Source of the DNA: Gammaproteobacteria bacterium
Lineage (GTDB): Bacteria; Pseudomonadota; Gammaproteobacteria; UBA4575
Reading direction: 5' to 3'
Length of the DNA: 64,000 bases
Assembly: GCA_965221955.1 (NCBI GenBank)
Contig: CBDCTA010000022.1
Location: 224,001 to 288,000 of the forward strand
The position numbers and the translations under genes are program-made. This document shows, piece by piece, positions 62,669 through 64,000 of the stretch. Within the stretch, counting starts at the first letter, position 1; every line of letters begins with the position of its first letter. Below the pieces are notes generated by a model. That model was given only the letters and a program-made list of their open reading frames with translations. It was not told the DNA's origin and did no database searches.

Positions 62669-63079
62669 ATGAAGATTTTAATTTATAATTTAATTGGAGG
62701 AATTTCACTGACCTTAGGCGTACTGGGTGTATTTTTACCTTTACTACCTTCTACTTGTTTTATCTTACTAGCGACTTGGGCTTTTTCTAAATCATCGCCC
62801 TTATTCCATAGCTGGCTATTACACAAATCACCATTTTCAGAATCTATTCAAAGTTGGCAACAACATAGAATTATTCCTGTAAAAGTAAAATGGATTGCCA
62901 CTATTTCAATAATAGCATCGTATACAATTACACTTCTTTTTGTAACTAACGCCTACGTTCTGGTTACGCTTGGATTTGGCTTGCTAGGTTTACTTGCTTT
63001 CATACTTAGTAGACCTGGAGAAATAAATTTTGAATCTAATGGCCAGCAGCTTCACGAATTACATCAGCGAGCAATTTAA
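62669..63079 (+). CDS. ybaN: YbaN/DUF454 membrane protein
   Basis: LGVLGVFLPLLPSTCFILLA.WAF.KSSP.FH.WL. Confidence 0.88.
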   Translation: MKILIYNLIGGISLTLGVLGVFLPLLPSTCFILLATWAFSKSSPLFHSWLLHKSPFSESIQSWQQHRIIPVKVKWIATISIIASYTITLLFVTNAYVLVTLGFGLLGLLAFILSRPGEINFESNGQQLHELHQRAI

Positions 63080-63935
63080 ATTCGTTCTTTCTGACACTTG
63101 ACTTACGCCAAGCAAGGCCAATTTCACGATACGACTTGTCTTTTAAATCTTTAGTTTGCACTTTAGTGTTTTTCAACAATCCAGCATCAATTGCCATTTG
63201 TGGAATAAACGTAACACCAAGGTCACTATCAACCATTTGAATCAAGCTATACAAACCACTTGCGGAAAATTTACTAATTTTTTCTTTCCGGCCTAAACTG
63301 CATGCACTCAAAGCATGGTCGCGTAAACAATGCCCATCCTCTAATAATAAAATTGATTCCTTATTTAACTTATTGGGAGAAAACTTTTCTGGATCAATTA
63401 ACGTTGTACCTTTTTTAAACGCTAATTTAAAAGGATCATTAAAAATAGAGATTGATTCTGTATTTTTTAAATCAATAGGAAGTGCAAGTAATAGTAAATC
63501 TAATTCACCATCAAGCAACAATTCATGAATCTTTTTAGTTTGTTCTTCTTTTAGATATAACTCTAGTTTAGGAAATTTCTTACGGACCTTAGGTAAAATT
63601 TTTGGCAACAAAAATGGTGCAATAGTAGGGATCACGCCCATTTTAAGCACTCCGCTTAATGGCTCCTGAACAGACTTGGCGATATCAACAATTCCCTCGA
63701 TATCAAAAATGGCTAATCTGGCCTGTTGTGCGACCAACTTTCCTGCAGAAGTGAACACCACGCTACGATTAGTGCGATCGACTAAGACAACATTTAATAG
63801 CTCTTCAAGATCTTTAATCGCTACACTAAATGCAGATTGTGTAACGAAACTTGCTTCTGCAGCTCGTCCAAAGTGCAGATGTTTTTCTAGAGCAATTAAA
63901 TAGCGAAGTTGCTTAACAGTAGGTAAATTAACCAT
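63036..63935 (-). CDS. oxyR: H2O2-responsive LysR regulator OxyR
   Basis: HFGRAAE, GVIPTIAPFLLP, LLLEDGHCLRDHALSAC (Cys pair); near katG. Confidence 0.93.
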   Translation of the reverse strand: MVNLPTVKQLRYLIALEKHLHFGRAAEASFVTQSAFSVAIKDLEELLNVVLVDRTNRSVVFTSAGKLVAQQARLAIFDIEGIVDIAKSVQEPLSGVLKMGVIPTIAPFLLPKILPKVRKKFPKLELYLKEEQTKKIHELLLDGELDLLLLALPIDLKNTESISIFNDPFKLAFKKGTTLIDPEKFSPNKLNKESILLLEDGHCLRDHALSACSLGRKEKISKFSASGLYSLIQMVDSDLGVTFIPQMAIDAGLLKNTKVQTKDLKDKSYREIGLAWRKSSVRKNEFKLLADVIREAAGH

Positions 63936-63942
63936 TTGAGAA

Positions 63943-63980
63943 ATCGATTACTATGATGAAAATAATGAAATTTACTTATA
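63943..63980. promoter_or_regulatory. Putative OxyR autoregulatory operator
   Basis: ATCGATTACTATGAT..AATGAAATTTACT, similar to the katG upstream motif. Confidence 0.45.
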
Positions 63981-64000
63981 GCAAGAAAAACCTATTATGG

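Overview
AT-rich gammaproteobacterial chromosome segment. Core genes: type IV minor-pilin operon (fimT-pilV-pilW-pilX-pilY1, running off the left edge), envC-ctpA-yibQ-DJ-1, arsR-rhodanese-grxC-secB-gpsA, trmL/pyrD, glnA-DUF4124-glnL-glnG with a sigma54 promoter and NtrC sites, glyQS-gmhB-plsC, tas, FIST, phosphoribulokinase, SulP, trmB, thiG/thiS/thiO, a Fur-family regulator, katG, ybaN, oxyR. The most unusual elements are: (1) a sigma54-driven ~515-nt RNA divergent from glnA, carrying ~11 GGA hairpin motifs (CsrB/RsmZ-like) plus an unannotated 39-aa membrane peptide ORF; (2) a 9-gene envelope operon (43.6-54.2 kb) with an ExbB/TolQ subunit, two ExbD-like-TM/VWA proteins, an actin-fold-like protein, an FHA-PEGA-FGE protein, a TPR protein and lipoproteins, resembling an uncharacterised ion-driven machine; (3) a dispersed twin-GGA-hairpin repeat in three copies with compensatory changes; (4) a HAD-UbiA/flippase/GT-C-glycosidase island bounded by degenerate tRNA-derived direct repeats; (5) an apparently orphan c-di-GMP-I riboswitch behind a CRP class II-like promoter. 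Several decayed genes lie at 42-43 kb and 57.9-58.7 kb. No CRISPR array, rRNA, integrase or transposase was seen. All calls come from reading motifs by eye; no database searches were run.
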